Source: a candidate division NPL-UPA2 bacterium Unc8
Lineage (GTDB): Bacteria; NPL-UPA2
NCBI GenBank assembly: GCA_003574845.1
Contig: NDHY01000003.1
Coordinates: forward strand, 646-64,645
Length of the DNA: 64,000 nucleotides
Direction: 5' to 3'
Shown here piece by piece: positions 49,683 to 59,323 of the stretch (position 1 is the stretch's first letter; each line of letters begins with the position of its first letter). The position numbers and the translations under genes were made by a program. The notes beneath the pieces are model-generated. The model had not been told where the DNA came from and searched no databases. It was given only the letters and a program-made list of their open reading frames with translations.

Positions 49683-50630
49683 ATGGCTCGCTTAAACACC
49701 ATAAGAGAAACGAATCAGGGTGTAGCCGAGGGGTTGATGTTTAACATTCAGCGGTATAGCATTCAAGACGGCCCCGGAATCAGAACGACAATATCTCTTA
49801 AGGGCTGTCCGCTGAAGTGCAAATGGTGCTCTAACCCGGAGTCGCAAAATCCATATCCTGAGATTATGGTCAGAAAAGCAAGATGTAATGGGTGTGGAAA
49901 GTGTCTGGATGTTTGCGCTTGCGGGGCAATTACTCTGAATGAAGATACTGTGCAGATAGACAGGTCAAGATGCGATTTATGTATGAAGTGTGCAGATGTC
50001 TGTCCTACGGAGACAATAGAATCCACAGGTAAATATATGAGCCTCAAAGAGGCAATGGAAGAGGTCGGCAAAGATGAGTTGTTTTATCGCAATTCAGGTG
50101 GTGGTGTGACGCTATCCGGTGGTGAACCCCTCTACCAGCCGGAGTTCACTCTAAACTTACTGAAGGAGTGTAAGGAGAGAGCTCTCAGCACAGCTCTTGA
50201 CATTAGTGGTTACGCCAGTTGGAGGGTACTGGACAGAGTCCTAAAATATACGGACCTCGTGCTCTTTGATATCAAACACCTGGAGCCAGCAATACACCGT
50301 AAGGGTACAGGCCGAGGGAATCAGCTTATCCTTGAAAACCTTAAAAAGATTGTTGACGCTGGGCAAAGGAGAGTCTGGCTAAGAATTCCGATTATTCCTA
50401 ACTACAATGATTCAGAGCAATATATAGAGAAATTAGCAGAGGCTGTGACAAAAATGCCTGTTGAAAAGATTTCCCTGTTGAGTTACCATGAGTGGGGAAA
50501 GCCAAAGTATGAGTCTTTGGGCAGAGATTACCTATTTAGTGATTCCGCCCCTCCAGGTCAAGAGAGACTGCAGGCTCTGAAGGACATTATGCAATCTAAG
50601 GGACTACATAATGTCACTATTGATTATTAA
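49683..50630 (+). CDS. glycyl-radical enzyme activating protein (radical SAM with two extra ferredoxin-type clusters)
   Basis: CPLKCKWCSNPES radical SAM motif, CNGCGKCLDVC and CDLCMKCADVCP ferredoxin motifs, GGEPL SAM motif. Confidence 0.85.
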   Translation: MARLNTIRETNQGVAEGLMFNIQRYSIQDGPGIRTTISLKGCPLKCKWCSNPESQNPYPEIMVRKARCNGCGKCLDVCACGAITLNEDTVQIDRSRCDLCMKCADVCPTETIESTGKYMSLKEAMEEVGKDELFYRNSGGGVTLSGGEPLYQPEFTLNLLKECKERALSTALDISGYASWRVLDRVLKYTDLVLFDIKHLEPAIHRKGTGRGNQLILENLKKIVDAGQRRVWLRIPIIPNYNDSEQYIEKLAEAVTKMPVEKISLLSYHEWGKPKYESLGRDYLFSDSAPPGQERLQALKDIMQSKGLHNVTIDY

Positions 50631-50642
50631 TGAGAGGTGAAA

Positions 50643-51391
50643 ATGGAACTGAAATACATGAAATTGAGCAAGATAGAGGGTGTGGCTACTATCACCCTTG
50701 ACCGACCCGAAAAAAGAACGCCTTAAGCCCACAGCTCTTTAGCGAGTTAGGCGGGGCATTAGACAGTCTCTCCGCTGACCGGGAGGTCGGCGCCCTAATA
50801 ATAACAGGTGGTGAGAGTGTATTCTCGGCCGGTATGGACATCGCGGAAATGGTGGATCTCAGGCCTGAAGATACCTATCATTTTTGGAACTCGGGGTATA
50901 ATATTGTTTTTGAAAAGATATATAACTTCAGGGTGCCGACCATTGCTGCTGTTAGCGGCTATGCCCTCGCCGGAGGCTTTGACCTATCAATAAGTTGTGA
51001 TTTCCGAATAGCTTCGGAAACAGCTATCTTCGGCCAGCTTGAGGTAGATGTTAATCTGTCTCCCGGGATTGACCGCTTATGGAGGCTCATAGGTTTAAGT
51101 CGAGCCAAATACCTGGGACTAACCTGTGAGCGAATCAACGCTCAGGAGGCATATCGAATCGGCCTGGTAGACAAGGTAGTAAGGGTCAATGAGCTTTTGA
51201 AAGAAGCTCAGGCTTTGGGGGTGAAATTCGCCTCTAAACCCCGCCAGGCTATAGAGAAGGTAAAACAATCCTATATAAATGTTATAAATATGAACCACAA
51301 AACGGCGATTAACTATGAAACGTTGCTGTTATGCCATCTTTTTGACACTGAGGAGCGGAAAAGAATAATGCAGAAGTTCATCAGGAAATAG
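50643..51391 (+). pseudogene. enoyl-CoA hydratase/isomerase (crotonase) with a -1 frameshift in a poly-A run
   Basis: MELKYMKLSKIEGVATITLDRPEKR then stop. In the +1 frame it continues NALSPQLFSELGGAL...LIITGGESVFSAGMDIAEM... (the crotonase oxyanion-hole region). The frameshift is at gaaaaaag (about 50721-50728). Confidence 0.6.
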
Positions 51392-51457
51392 AGGTTCAAG
51401 CCTGCCGAGCTTCGCTTTGAGAAGAAACAGCTTATTCTAACAAAAGGAGGAAAAATA

Positions 51458-51979
51458 ATGGATGTTCAAAAAGCAATAAGGGCAAGGAGAAGTATTAGAA
51501 AGTACTCACCCCGGGAAATTTCTGAGTACAAATTAACGAAGGTGCTTGAAGCAATGAGGCTTGCTCCTTCAGCTAAAAATTTACAGCCATGGAAATTTAT
51601 CATTATAAACAATGAGGAGATTAAGAGGAAGCTCATTCCTGCCTGTAGAGGTCAAGCCTTTGTTGCTGAAGCACCTATTATCGTTGCTGGCTGCGCTCTT
51701 CTGAACGAAGCCTGGGGCGGCATGGGAGGATATATGAGCAGCTATCCTATAGACCTGGCAATAGCCATTGACCACCTTACATTAATAGCCACTGAAGAAG
51801 GACTGGGCACTTGCTGGATAGGAGCATTTGACGAGGGTGAAGTAAAAAAGATTCTGAAAGTGCCAGAAGGTGTGAGAGTAGTAGCTCTTACTCCATTGGG
51901 ATACCCTCTAAGTAAAAAACATACCCTGACACCACGCAAAGCTCTTACAGAAATCATTTGCTATAATGAGTATAGTTAA
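51458..51979 (+). CDS. nitroreductase-family protein
   Basis: IRARRSIRKYSPREIS and APSAKNLQPWKF motifs. 173 aa. Confidence 0.8.
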   Translation: MDVQKAIRARRSIRKYSPREISEYKLTKVLEAMRLAPSAKNLQPWKFIIINNEEIKRKLIPACRGQAFVAEAPIIVAGCALLNEAWGGMGGYMSSYPIDLAIAIDHLTLIATEEGLGTCWIGAFDEGEVKKILKVPEGVRVVALTPLGYPLSKKHTLTPRKALTEIICYNEYS

Positions 51980-52023
51980 GGGGTCCAAGGTTCACGGTTG
52001 AATCCTAGCGGAGTGAAGGTATC

Positions 52024-52605
52024 GTGTTGGTAATTGTTGATGGATATAATGTCTTAAGGTCAAGTGGTCCTACGGCGCGGCTCAGGGGAGAAAGTCTTTG
52101 CGTTGAACGAGAAAGATTTATTTCAAGGTTGAGAAAATATCAAAGCGGCAGGCAGGACAAAATAATAGCAGTCTTTGATGGAGCTACACAAAGCGGGTCG
52201 GATAAATCCGACCCTCGCAAGGCAGATACCAATCAGCTTGCCACACAAAGTTTGGGCGGCATGAGTGCTGTCTTCTCACGCCGCGGACAGACTGCCGATG
52301 AGATAATCAAAAGCATGGTTGAGCAAAATACCAATCCCGAGAACATAATAGTAGTTTCTTCTGACAGGGATGTTGTGGACCTTGTTCGCAGCCTGGGTGC
52401 TTCAGTGACCGGCGCCCGTTCGCTTGCTGATAAACTTGAATTATTAGATAACACAACACGGTGTCAAAAAGAGATAGATAACTCCTATGAGTATTCAGTT
52501 AAAGGTTATATAGGAGAAACAACTTCACCTGGACGACGCAAAGGAAATCCACGGCGTCGCAAGCGCAACCGCCAGCGTCTCCAGTTATGGTCATTTTCCA
52601 AATGA
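52024..52605 (+). CDS. NYN/YacP (Rae1)-like RNase domain protein
   Basis: VIVDGYNV, AVFDG, TADEII and VVSSDRDV blocks parallel B. subtilis YacP/Rae1. GTG start. Confidence 0.6.
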   Translation: MLVIVDGYNVLRSSGPTARLRGESLCVERERFISRLRKYQSGRQDKIIAVFDGATQSGSDKSDPRKADTNQLATQSLGGMSAVFSRRGQTADEIIKSMVEQNTNPENIIVVSSDRDVVDLVRSLGASVTGARSLADKLELLDNTTRCQKEIDNSYEYSVKGYIGETTSPGRRKGNPRRRKRNRQRLQLWSFSK

Positions 52606-52704
52606 GTGAGTAGCGGGAGTGGGTGGGAAAGTAGGAAAACAAAGAGAAGTTAAGTGGAAAACAGAGAAAATGGAATTGGATGAGCAATAATTGGAGGGAT
52701 AATT

Positions 52705-53883
52705 ATGAGAAAAGTGGTTATTGCGGTGTTGGGCAGACTAAATTTAGCGCTGCCCAGGAAAAGACGCAGGTAGAGTTATTCGCTGAGGCAGCTATGGACG
52801 CTTTTAATGAATCAAACCTGAAGCCAAAGGACATTCAGGCACTATTCCTTTGGTAATGTCTTGGGAGATTTCTCTGAAGGGCAGGGTATGGTTCAGGCGT
52901 TTGCCGCTGAGAATATCGGCTGCTTTAATATCCCGGCTAATAAATATGAAGGTGCTTGTGCCTCGGCAAGTGTGGCATTAAGAGATGCCTACATGTGGGT
53001 TGCTTCCGGTTTCTATGATATCGTTTTAGCCGGTGGCACAGAAACAGCGGCTAAAATGGGCACGCCCCTGGCAACAAGAACCTTTGCCATGTTCAGTGAC
53101 GCCCGTTATGAATATCCATGCGGCATTACCTTCCCCGCCCTCTTTGCCTTGTTAGCCCACCTTTATGCCAGAAAGTACGATATACCTTTAGATAGGCTAA
53201 AAGAGCAACTGGCTGCCGTATCGGTCCAATCCTATAAACATGGCTTACTTAACCCCAAAGCACACCTCCGTAAAGAAGTAACTGTGGATATGATACTCAA
53301 TTCCTTTATGGTATGTTCGCCGCTTCAACTACACGATTGTTGTCCATTTTCTGATGGCGCCGCCGCTATAGTTATAACATCAGAAGAGAAAGCGAAGAAA
53401 CTCACCAATAAGCCGGTGGACATTATTGGCATTGGGCAAGCTTCATCCGGCCCCCTATCCAACCAGCAAGAGTATTTGCCACGGCTTAGAGCTAGAGAAT
53501 TATCGGCTAAGCAGGCTTACGATATGGCTGGACTTACCCCCAAGGATATAGATGTCTGCGAGCTTCATGATTGCTTCAGTATAGCCAGCTTGATCGCTGC
53601 CGAAGGACTTGGCTTTTTTGACTTTGGCACCTCCGGAGAAGCATGGGAAAAGGGTGAAGCTGATATTGGTGGAAAAGTAGCCATAAACCCCTCTGGTGGG
53701 TTGAAATCTAAAGGTCATCCAATAGGAGCCACTGGAGCCGCACAAGTTTATGAAATAGTAAAGCAACTAAGAGGTGAAGTAGAACCCGAGAGGCAGGTAG
53801 AAGGAGCCAAAATAGGAATGATTGACACCCTGGGAGGGGATGGCGGCACACTCTGTAATATGATTTTCCAGCAGGGATGGTAA
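52705..53883 (+). pseudogene. SCP-x/archaeal-type thiolase (acetyl-CoA acetyltransferase family) with two frameshifts in the first 160 bp
   Basis: MRKVVIA then GQTKFSAAQEKTQVELFAEAAMDAFNESNLKPKDIQALFL then GNVLGDFSEGQG... is recovered only by shifting frame at gcgg(g)tg (about 52727) and ccttt(t)gg (about 52848). The downstream 340 aa is intact (catalytic C..H..C region present). Confidence 0.6.
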
Positions 53884-53915
53884 GGTACTAAGTAAGACTA
53901 AATAGGAGATTAAAA

Positions 53916-54053
53916 ATGGAATATAAGCTTACTTTTAAGGAGTATGATAAGGCGCTTAAGAAAAATAAGTTACTGGGTTTGAAGTGCAAGGAATGTGAAA
54001 TGATTACCGTTCCGCCAAAGATAACCTGTCGATTGTTAATGCTCACTAATTAG
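53916..54053 (+). pseudogene. DUF35 OB-fold/Zn-ribbon thiolase-partner protein, truncated to 45 aa at the IS insertion point
   Basis: MEYKLTFKEYDKALKKNKLLGLKCKECEMITVPPKITC is the N-terminus plus first Zn-ribbon Cys pair of DUF35 proteins. It ends abruptly where the IS begins. Confidence 0.45.
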
Positions 54054-55080
54054 GTAACTCTTTTGGTATGATAAGACATAACCAAAGGAGGGCCTAATGC
54101 GATATTCAGAGCAAGTTATTCTAAAGCGTTGGATTCCTATCTTAAAAGAGTATGAGCGAACTAAGGCTAAAGTTAATCCGCGCTAGTTTAGGTTTATCAA
54201 AGATTTATGCCAAGCACACCATATATCCAAGAAAGAGCTAACCCGCTATTATCGCAAATGGTTGGAAGGGAATAGATCGGATGAATCCCTTCTTCCAAAG
54301 AAGCGAGGTGCCCGTCCTGGTTCAAGAAGAATTCCTAAAGAGATAGAGCGCAATATAGTAAAGGCTTACAGAAGATTTGGCTCCAACAGATATGAGTTAG
54401 TTCTTCTATTTAAGCCTTATTACTTAGATAAAACGCCTTCTCCTGCTACAATGGACCGAATAAAGGCGCGTTATCCTTTAAATAAATCACAAAAGAAGAT
54501 AATCAAGCGTTACGAGAAACAGGCACCGGGAGAGCTTGCTCATATTGATCTTACCAAGCTTCCTAAAGATATCCGGTGTTCTTTTAAAATCAAAGAGCTC
54601 TATATGGCTGCTATTTGCGATGATTGCACGAGACTTGCCTATGCTGAGATAATAAAAGATAAAAGAGCTTCCACTCTGACTTATTTCATGGCACGTTCTT
54701 TATCATGGTTTAAACAGATATATAACTTTGAATTTGAATCCATCATGTCTGATAATGGTCCTGAATTTAAAGGAACTCTCGAAAGAGAACACCCATTTGA
54801 AACCATGTGTCAGGAGCTGGGAATCAAGCACACCTATACTAGACCTTATAGACCACAAACTAACGGTAAGATAGAAGCTTTCTTGAAAATCATAAAAAAC
54901 GAGTTCCTCTATCCCAATTCGTTTAATTCAAAAGAGGATATTATTTTGAATCTTGGCAATTTCCTATTTGAATATAACCACCTAAGAAAACATGGCGGCT
55001 TGAATTATGAAACCCCTTTTGATAAACTCCAAAAAGTTACCGAATTATTGAGCTAGTACAACAAGCCCCTAATTCAGTAG
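54040..55080 (+). mobile_element. IS481-like insertion sequence (single DDE 'rve' transposase, 54097-55056) with an in-frame amber codon at 54184-54186
   Basis: Transposase with N-terminal HTH and integrase-core DDE domain (HIDLTKLP...SDNGPEF...RPYRPQTNGKIE). The reading frame MRYSEQVILKRWIPILKEYERTKAKVNPR-TAG-FRFIKDL... is continuous except for one TAG. Imperfect terminal inverted similarity (..aattagg..). Inserted between a truncated DUF35 gene and tRNA-Arg. Confidence 0.65.
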
Positions 55081-55126
55081 CCAGAATCCAGAACCCAGAA
55101 CGAAGGGTGAAGCAATTTACCCCTAA

Positions 55127-55200
55127 CACGCCTGCAGGGACTTGAACCCCGGACCCTCTGCTTAGAAGGCAGATGCTCTATCCAGCTGAGCTACAGGCGC
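55127..55200 (-). tRNA. tRNA-Arg (anticodon TCT)
   Basis: Reverse complement gives GCGCCTGTAGCTCAGCTGGATAGAGCATCTGCCTTCTAAGCAGAGGGTCCGGGGTTCAAGTCCCTGCAGGCGT. Anticodon loop CUUCUAA. Confidence 0.8.
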
Positions 55201-55252
55201 AAAGTATTAAGGAGTTGCCGCAAGATTGCGGCAACTCCTAACTTGATCCTAC

Positions 55253-55519
55253 TTAATACTTTCGGAAGTCTCTTTTTTCTCTCTCTCTTGGTGGACGGGC
55301 TTCGTCAATTTTCAGATTACGTCCCTGAAAGTCCTTACCATCCAATGCTTCTTTTGCTTTTTCTGCCCCAGAAGTGTCAGACATTTCCACAAAGCCGAAG
55401 CCTCTACCTTCAATTATGTTAACTTCTTTAACTTCACCGTGTTCGGCAAACAACTCTTTCAACTGTTCATTAGTTGTAGAGTATGAGAGATTTCCGACAT
55501 AAAGTTTACTACCTTGCAT
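55253..55519 (-). CDS. RNA-binding protein with a single RRM domain
   Basis: RNP-2 KLYVGNL and RNP-1 RGFGFVEM. 88 aa. Confidence 0.75.
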   Translation of the reverse strand: MQGSKLYVGNLSYSTTNEQLKELFAEHGEVKEVNIIEGRGFGFVEMSDTSGAEKAKEALDGKDFQGRNLKIDEARPPREREKRDFRKY

Positions 55520-55836
55520 TCCTTTTTCCTCCTATCCAAGCTCTATTATCTTATAGAGCCAGAAACTTTTTCTCTCTGCTCAATAACGTTTCTTTTAGAG
55601 ATAGAAGCAAAATATCGCAAGATAGCAACCCTAATCTCTGCCATTTTAGGCGGGAACATTATTAATATAAGAGAACTTTTACTAAAAACCTATTTCCAAG
55701 AAGCCTTCCCTCATTAGAAATGAAATTTTCTAATGAGGCTTAATCAAGCATTTCTATCACCTCCTTCTATAGTCTCTTTTTTGGCACGACCCAAGTTTTC
55801 CATACTTGTGCACCCGGCGAAGTAGTTCGTTTCATT

Positions 55837-55914
55837 TGGTCGGGGTGGGCGGATTTGAACCGCCGACTTCACGGTCCCGAACCGTGCACTCTAACCGGGC
55901 TGAGCTACACCCCG
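55837..55914 (-). tRNA. tRNA-Pro (anticodon CGG), CCA encoded
   Basis: Reverse complement gives CGGGGTGTAGCTCAGCCCGGTTAGAGTGCACGGTTCGGGACCGTGAAGTCGGCGGTTCAAATCCGCCCACCCCGACCA. Confidence 0.85.
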
Positions 55915-55940
55915 ATGGAAATTTATTATGTTTGTTCAGA

Positions 55941-56597
55941 CTATCCATATTCTCCGACAAGTGGAACAAAGATACAGCTACCTTTTTTTTCTTTTCTTAT
56001 CTTTCCTTCCTTTTTCGTAAGAAGAACAAGTTCCTGAGAAAATCTGGCTCCTATCGGAATGACTATTTTCCCTTCTCCTCCGAGTTGTTCAACGAGGAAT
56101 GGGGGAATATCCACTGCGCCAGCGGTGACAATAATTCTATCATAGGGAGAGTGTTCGCTCCATCCATTTGTGCCATCTCCAACCTTAAAGTGTATATTTC
56201 TGTAACCAAGTTCTCCTAATAGTTTCGCCGCATGCAGGCTTAATTCTTCAATTCTTTCTATACTGTAGACCTCGCGGGCAAGTTCAGCGAGAATTGCTGC
56301 TTGGTAACCTGACCCGGTTCCAATCTCCAGCACTTTTTCTCTTCCCTCAAGTCGAAGATACTCTGTCATCAGAGCAACGATGTATGGCTGAGATATCGTC
56401 TGTCTCGCGGCAATAGGGAGGGGAGAATCAGTATAGGCGCTTGACTCCAGCTTCTTTTCTACAAATCTGTGTCTCTCTACTTTTTTCATTGCCTCCAAAA
56501 CCCGCGCATCTACTATTCCCCTTCCCTTGATTTGCAGGGCAACCATATCTCTTCTTTCTTTTTCAAAGCTCATCATATCCTTGTTTACATAATTCAC
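55941..56597 (-). CDS. pcm: protein-L-isoaspartate O-methyltransferase
   Basis: VLEIGTGSGYQAA SAM motif and QTISQPYIVA. 218 aa. Downstream of surE. Confidence 0.85.
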   Translation of the reverse strand: MNYVNKDMMSFEKERRDMVALQIKGRGIVDARVLEAMKKVERHRFVEKKLESSAYTDSPLPIAARQTISQPYIVALMTEYLRLEGREKVLEIGTGSGYQAAILAELAREVYSIERIEELSLHAAKLLGELGYRNIHFKVGDGTNGWSEHSPYDRIIVTAGAVDIPPFLVEQLGGEGKIVIPIGARFSQELVLLTKKEGKIRKEKKGSCIFVPLVGEYG

Positions 56598-57318
56598 TAA
56601 CGAAAGAGTGGTGCGTCATATCCAGGTAAAGAGGAGTAATTGAAACCATATTTTCCTCTATTGCCTGAAAGTCTGTTCCCTCCTCTTGCTCCCAGTCAGG
56701 TTCACTCCCGGCAATGCGATATTGAACTATTCCTGTTGTTTTATCCACTTTTTCCTCAATGGTATCGTGGTAAATTCTCTTTCCAAGTCGTGCTATCTTT
56801 ACCCCTGTCGGCATCCCGTTATTTGGGACATTAACATTGAGTAAGGTTCCTGGCGGTAATCCCTGCAGACATATCTTGCTGGCAATCTTCCGTGCAAACT
56901 GAGCGGCAAAGGCGAAATTGTGGTTATTGCGTGTAGCAAGAGAGATGGCAAAGGCAGGAATCTTTGAGATGGCGGCTTCCTTAGCTGCAGCAACGGTTCC
57001 TGAATAATTAACATCTTCCCCTAAATTTGCTCCTTTGTTAATCCCGGAGACAACTAAGTGTGGCATTCTTGGAAGAAGCCGCTTCAGTGCCAACATTACG
57101 CAATCCGTTGGCGTTCCATCAATAATAGCCATTGTATGGGAATTAATGTACTTGACTGAAATAGGAGAGAAAGCACTGAAAGAATGGCTGGTAGCGCTTC
57201 TTTCCCTGTCTGGCGCTATGATGAATACCTCTCCTGTGTTCTGCAATGCTTCGGCAAGTGCAGTAAGTCCTTCCGACTCTATTCCATCATCATTGGTAAC
57301 AAGAATTATTTTTTTCAC
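56563..57318 (-). CDS. surE: 5'/3'-nucleotidase SurE
   Basis: MKKIILVTNDDGIESEGL N-terminal DD motif. 251 aa. Confidence 0.9.
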   Translation of the reverse strand: MKKIILVTNDDGIESEGLTALAEALQNTGEVFIIAPDRERSATSHSFSAFSPISVKYINSHTMAIIDGTPTDCVMLALKRLLPRMPHLVVSGINKGANLGEDVNYSGTVAAAKEAAISKIPAFAISLATRNNHNFAFAAQFARKIASKICLQGLPPGTLLNVNVPNNGMPTGVKIARLGKRIYHDTIEEKVDKTTGIVQYRIAGSEPDWEQEEGTDFQAIEENMVSITPLYLDMTHHSFVSELCKQGYDEL

Positions 57319-57974
57319 ATAAGCCTCACAATTAGTCTGGCAAATCTCAGAGTGTCCATAAGAGGATTGATTTTACTCACTCCACCGGCATAATAGATTG
57401 TTTTCACCGGGATAGATGAGGTAGTATATCCCTGGCGGCTTGCTTTAATTAAAATTTCTGATTCCAGATCATACTTTGCTGTCTCCAACTTCACGTTCTC
57501 CAGGACCTCCCTTTTAATAAGACGATACCCCGACTGGCTGTCGGAAATTTTTTGCCCGCCCAACCTGGAAACGAACCATGAGGTCAGACGATTTGTCAAA
57601 ATCCTGATAGGCGGCATACTGCTGATATCGCCCATGCGGTCGCCAATGACAATATCTGCTCCACTTTCCTCAGCCTTCTTAATGAGTTTCGGCACCTCTC
57701 TCCAGTCGTGCTGGCCATCGCCATCCATTGTAATTACGGCATCCGCCCCATCTGATATGACAGCTTGAAATCCTGTTCGCAGAGCCACTCCTTTTCCTTT
57801 ATTTTCCTTGTGAGAGATGACTTTTGCTCCTGCAGCAGCAGCTACTGCAGCCGTTTTATCACAGGACCCATCATCAACTACGATAATTTCTTCAACAATT
57901 GTCCGCAAGTCTTTTACCAATTGAGAAATCCCTTTCTCTTCATTAAATGCGGGAATCAATACTACTGTTTTCAT
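57315..57974 (-). CDS. family 2 glycosyltransferase (dolichyl-phosphate mannose synthase-like)
   Basis: VVLIPAFNEE..IIVVDDGSCD..DGDGQHD are the GT2 DxD motifs. 219 aa. Confidence 0.7.
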   Translation of the reverse strand: MKTVVLIPAFNEEKGISQLVKDLRTIVEEIIVVDDGSCDKTAAVAAAAGAKVISHKENKGKGVALRTGFQAVISDGADAVITMDGDGQHDWREVPKLIKKAEESGADIVIGDRMGDISSMPPIRILTNRLTSWFVSRLGGQKISDSQSGYRLIKREVLENVKLETAKYDLESEILIKASRQGYTTSSIPVKTIYYAGGVSKINPLMDTLRFARLIVRLM

Positions 57975-58684
57975 TGAGCTGCTTCCATTGCCTCTGAAAG
58001 AGTGAGCTTGCCATCATAAAACGCTTTGCCAATAATAATTCCGGCCAACCCTAATTTCTTTAGCTTTATAATATCCTCAGTGGTGGATATTCCACCGGAG
58101 GCAATTAATGGAATCTTAACGGCTGCAAGTATTTCTGTTATTCCATCTATATTGCAACTTATAAGCATACCATCACGCTCTATATCAGTAAAGATAATTG
58201 TTTTGGCACCGCTTGCCTCTACTTCCCGAGCAAGTTCAACTGCCTTTTTCGCAGTTGTCTCTCTCCAGCCAGCAATTGAAACAAGCCCATGACGGGCATC
58301 AATCCCAACTACTATTCTTTCTCCAAACCGGCTGCAAGCTTGACTGAGAAACCTGGGTTTTTGCACAACCACACTACCTAAAATGACTCTTTCTACTCCT
58401 TTGTCCAGAATCATTTTGAGAGAGTTAATATCTCTTACTCCGCCTCCAAGCTGGATGGGAATCTTAAGAGCGTGAGCTATTTTTTCAATTAATGCAAGAT
58501 TTATTGGCTTGCCGGCTTTTGCTCCATCCAGGTCAACGATGTGCAAGAATTTTGCCCCCTCTTCCTGCCACTGTATAGCGACTGAGAGAGGGTTGTCACT
58601 GTAAACTGTTTTGGAACTGAACTTACCCTGGGAAAGTCGAACGACCTTTCCTTCAAGAATATCAATGGCGGGAAAAATCAGCAT
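57971..58684 (-). CDS. hisA: ProFAR isomerase
   Basis: MLIFPAIDILEGKVVRLSQG N-terminus. (beta/alpha)8 HisA pattern. 237 aa. Confidence 0.85.
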   Translation of the reverse strand: MLIFPAIDILEGKVVRLSQGKFSSKTVYSDNPLSVAIQWQEEGAKFLHIVDLDGAKAGKPINLALIEKIAHALKIPIQLGGGVRDINSLKMILDKGVERVILGSVVVQKPRFLSQACSRFGERIVVGIDARHGLVSIAGWRETTAKKAVELAREVEASGAKTIIFTDIERDGMLISCNIDGITEILAAVKIPLIASGGISTTEDIIKLKKLGLAGIIIGKAFYDGKLTLSEAMEAAQ

Positions 58685-58685
58685 C

Positions 58686-59318
58686 TCATAGTCTGCCCTT
58701 TATCGAGGGGATTCCCTTAACTCGGGTGTCTATTTGAATTGCCTGACTCAGGGCTATTCCAAAAGCCTTAAATATGGCTTCTAAAGCATGATGCATATCA
58801 ATATTAGGACGAGCGCTCACATCCATATTTATCCCGGCAATCCTGGTAAGAGCACTTAAAAACTGTCTGGCGTGCTCAAGGCTATAATTCTGAAGTTTTT
58901 TTACAGGATGGAGAATGTCAGCTTCTATTAAGGGAGTGCTCCCATCTAAATGGGTAAGAAAGAGAGAACCCCTTCCTCCTATATCAAGCACAACTCGTGC
59001 AAGCGCTCCATCCATTGGAACATAAGCAAAGCCAAACCTCCTGATTCTCTTTTTATCTCCCAATGCTTTCTTAATTGCCTCTCCCATGCAGATGCCAATG
59101 TCTTCATTGGTATGATGGATGTCAATTTTTGTGTCTCCTTTGGCAGCTATCGTTAAATTAAACAATCCATGTTTGGAAAACAGACTGAGCATGTGTTCCA
59201 AAAAAGGAATTCCTGTCCTTATTTTTGAGTGCCCTTTTCCATCAAGAATAATTTCCAGTTTAATGTTAGTCTCCTGTGTAACTCTCTCTACCCCTGCTTT
59301 TCTTTTAGTATTCGTCAT
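58686..59318 (-). CDS. hisB: imidazoleglycerol-phosphate dehydratase
   Basis: RTGIPFLEHMLSLFSKHG..DIHHTNED IGPD motifs. Start at MTNTKRK. Confidence 0.85.
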   Translation of the reverse strand: MTNTKRKAGVERVTQETNIKLEIILDGKGHSKIRTGIPFLEHMLSLFSKHGLFNLTIAAKGDTKIDIHHTNEDIGICMGEAIKKALGDKKRIRRFGFAYVPMDGALARVVLDIGGRGSLFLTHLDGSTPLIEADILHPVKKLQNYSLEHARQFLSALTRIAGINMDVSARPNIDMHHALEAIFKAFGIALSQAIQIDTRVKGIPSIKGRL

Positions 59319-59323
59319 TTTCC

